Positions 61,536 to 64,000 of a stretch of 64,000 nt of DNA are shown piece after piece. Numbering within the stretch: position 1 is the first letter of the stretch; every line of letters starts with the position of its first letter. Origin of the DNA: Oopsacas minuta (taxonomy: Eukaryota; Animalia; Porifera); the NCBI GenBank assembly GCA_024704765.1, contig JAKMXF010000099.1:1-64000 (forward strand), in the 5' to 3' direction. Below the pieces are notes generated by a model, which saw only the letters and a list, made by a program, of their open reading frames with translations, was not told where the DNA came from and searched no databases. The position numbers and the translations under genes were made by a program.

Positions 61536-62475
61536 AACTTTGATCGAAAAATTGTAGAACTTTGATCGAAAAATGAGAACTTGATCGAAAAATGTAGAAC
61601 TTTGATCGAAAAATGTAGAACTTTGATCGAAAAATGAGAACTTTGATCGAAAAATGTAGAACTTTGATCGAAAAATGACAACTTTGATCGAAAAATGTAG
61701 AACTTTGATCGAAAGATGAGAACTTTGATCGAAAAATGTAGAACTTTGATCGAAAAATGAGAACTTGATCGAAAAATGTAGAACTTTGATCGAAAAATGT
61801 AGAACTGTGATCGAAAAATGAGAACTTTGATCGAAAAATGTAGAACTTTGATCGAAAAATGACAACTTTGATCGAAAAATGTAGAACTTTGATCGAAAGA
61901 TGAGAACTTTGATCGAAAAATGTAGAACTTTGATCGAAAAATGAGAACTTGATCGAAAAATGTAGAACTTTGATCGAAAGATGAGAACTTTGATCGAAAA
62001 ATGTAGAACTTTGATCGAAAAATGAGAACTTTGATCGAAAAATGTAGAACTTTGATCGAAAAATGACAACTTTGATCGAAAAATGTAGAACTTTGATCGA
62101 AAGATGAGAACTTTGATCGAAAAATGTAGAACTTTGATCGAAAAATGAGAACTTGATCGAAAAATGTAGAACTTTGATCGAAAAATGTAGAACTTTGATC
62201 GAAAAATGAGAACTTTGATCGAAAAATGTAGAACTTTGATCGAAAAATGACAACTTTGATCGAAAAATGTAGAACTTTGATCGAAAGATGAGAACTTTGA
62301 TCGAAAAATGTAGAACTTTGATCGAAAAATGAGAACTTGATCGAAAAATGTAGAACTTTGATCGAAAAATGTAGAACTTTGATCGAAAAATGAGAACTTT
62401 GATCGAAAAATGTAGAACTTTGATCGAAAAATGACAACTTTGATCAAAAATGTAGAACTTTGATCGAAAAATGAG
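61536..62475 (+). repeat. Minisatellite of 46 units (20-21 bp, consensus AACTTTGATCGAAAAATG(T)AG) with a 9-unit (~184 bp) higher-order period
   Basis: Read unit by unit; degenerate forward and inverted monomers also at ~61425-61518. Confidence 0.97.
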
Positions 62476-62874
62476 TTCTTTTATTTATCACATAAATATC
62501 ACGAGTTATATAATTTGGTTAACTAACATAAGATTTCTTTTTATTAATTCGGGAACTTGTGTTCATGTGCAAAATATCTGTGGCAGAAATCAGCTCAATT
62601 AACTTACGTCACCAAAAATTATTGATTGAACTATTAATACGTGTTAACGTAATAAGTCTTCACTGAAAGAAGTATTAAACAACTTAGGATAGAACACACA
62701 TATGACACATATATTACTTCTACATTCTAATAGCATATGGGTAATGTAACTATAAAGTAATATTCGTTATCTAACTTTAGATAATATACCATCACTAAAC
62801 TACAATATATTATCACATTAACCTAATTCTAATATTCAGTTAAAACTGTCATGTCAAACGTTGGATTGACTTTG

Positions 62875-64000
62875 CTATTGGAAAATCTGCATCTTGTTCA
62901 TTATAATAGAACGACAAACTGGGCATCTATCACCGAGCGTAAAATTCAGTTCACAATTTCCGCATACATTAGCATGTCCACAAGGTATGAAGACAAACGT
63001 TAAATCTCTACTGTTCAAACAAATGATACACGGATTCTTCACCATTGATTCTTCATCGCTTGAACTATCAGAAGTTTCATCTATACTTTCTTCCAATTCC
63101 GTAGATCCCGAATAAGTCCAAAATTTCGGATTACCAATAGTATTTGAAATTTCTTTAATATATTCTAGTGATGTGCATTCTTTTCTTTGAAGTTTTTCTT
63201 TACATTTGTTTCTAATTTTCTCATTATTTATATCCTTTGCACTTCGCTCGCCAATTTCTAGGTCATTCTTCATTCTCTGGTATTCAAGATCATATTTTTT
63301 CAGCGTCTTTTCGAGACATTCCATAAATGCCCATAGGTTAGGCTTTTTTACACGGATGAGAGACTTTAAACCCCGATGATATACTTCAGAACAGTTATTA
63401 GTTGTTTGAATAGAATGGGATATTGATAAATCATTTCTGTTAATCCATTCTCTCTTTATGTAACTCTTAAGCCTTTGAAGATTAATAATCTCATGATCTT
63501 TCATATTTTGTAGAGTAACTCCAGATAACAATCTATAGACTGGTAGAATTTCTTCTTCAGGTAACATGGGAAGTACCATAACAGACCTGACCCATCCATT
63601 AAACTCAGAGTTCTTTGTATACGAAGAAGTGAGATGTAGCTTTGTTAACCTTTTCCAAATAGCTCTCGAAAAATGAAACAGGCATCCTGATACTTCTATC
63701 GAATTGAAAGCTGTGCGAAATGAATTTCTTGAAGCCCTTTCATAGTCACCTACAGCTAATTTTGGTTTGAAATCAGGCATAAATTCTCTTACCTTTTGCA
63801 GAACATCGTCATAGAGAGATTCTGATTTTTTTGACATTAAAATATGTATGGCTGGCAAAGCATGATGACCTTCTTGTAGGAAAATAGTAAACAACTGGTA
63901 AAATAATTTGGGGACAACAAAAAATGTTGCATCAAAATTGATAGCATCAGTATTTTTCAGAGATTCAAACATAAAATCAGACCAGAATAAAGCTGCAAAG
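62875..64000 (-). CDS. MULE (Mutator-like) transposase with a C-terminal RING finger; 5' end outside the window
   Basis: FDATFFVVPKLFYQLFTI, AVGDYERA, GCLFHFSRAIW (C/DxxH motif) and TTNNCSEVYH, then an acidic linker and CIICLNSRDLTFVFIPCGHANVCGNC..RCPVCRS. The frame stays open to the window edge. Confidence 0.88.
   Translation of the reverse strand, partial: FAALFWSDFMFESLKNTDAINFDATFFVVPKLFYQLFTIFLQEGHHALPAIHILMSKKSESLYDDVLQKVREFMPDFKPKLAVGDYERASRNSFRTAFNSIEVSGCLFHFSRAIWKRLTKLHLTSSYTKNSEFNGWVRSVMVLPMLPEEEILPVYRLLSGVTLQNMKDHEIINLQRLKSYIKREWINRNDLSISHSIQTTNNCSEVYHRGLKSLIRVKKPNLWAFMECLEKTLKKYDLEYQRMKNDLEIGERSAKDINNEKIRNKCKEKLQRKECTSLEYIKEISNTIGNPKFWTYSGSTELEESIDETSDSSSDEESMVKNPCIICLNSRDLTFVFIPCGHANVCGNCELNFTLGDRCPVCRSIIMNKMQIFQ

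Noticed and set aside
61515-62447. Three long minus-strand ORFs (310, 244 and 302 aa) and a CRISPR-like look
   Set aside because: They are translations of the minisatellite. Units abut directly with no unique spacers, so this is neither a gene nor a CRISPR array.

Overview
AT-rich animal genomic DNA with short GT-AG introns. The compact style and gene content suggest a sponge, possibly a glass sponge; this is inference, not verified. The window is dominated by a tandem cluster of single-pass cell-surface receptor genes built from a repeated five-exon cassette: C-type lectin a, C-type lectin b, Ig-like c, Ig-like d, Ig-like e. Each exon encodes one domain and every intron in the cassettes is phase 1. 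Gene A (<1..23813, 5'-partial, 35 exons and >3,850 codons in the window) ends in a TM helix with a ~10-aa tail. Gene B (28019..>36104) is signal peptide + 2 cassettes + 2 Ig-like domains + TM + a Tyr-motif-rich juxtamembrane segment + one degenerate (probably pseudo-) tyrosine phosphatase domain. Gene C (48438..54412) is a pseudogenised duplicate of the end of gene A. The lectin ligand-binding loops are hypervariable while the frameworks are homogenised, and several exons are visible mosaics of other copies. This points to a diversified, recombining recognition-receptor locus (the main candidate novel system). Also present: an intact carbohydrate sulfotransferase gene and its dead duplicate, an opposite-strand Ig-only pseudogene, an NHL-repeat pseudogene, three decayed hAT elements, a decayed mariner, an apparently intact Chapaev3-like transposon, a MULE transposase fused to a RING finger, many MITEs and Helitron-like elements, a 918-bp foldback element and a higher-order 20/21-bp minisatellite.
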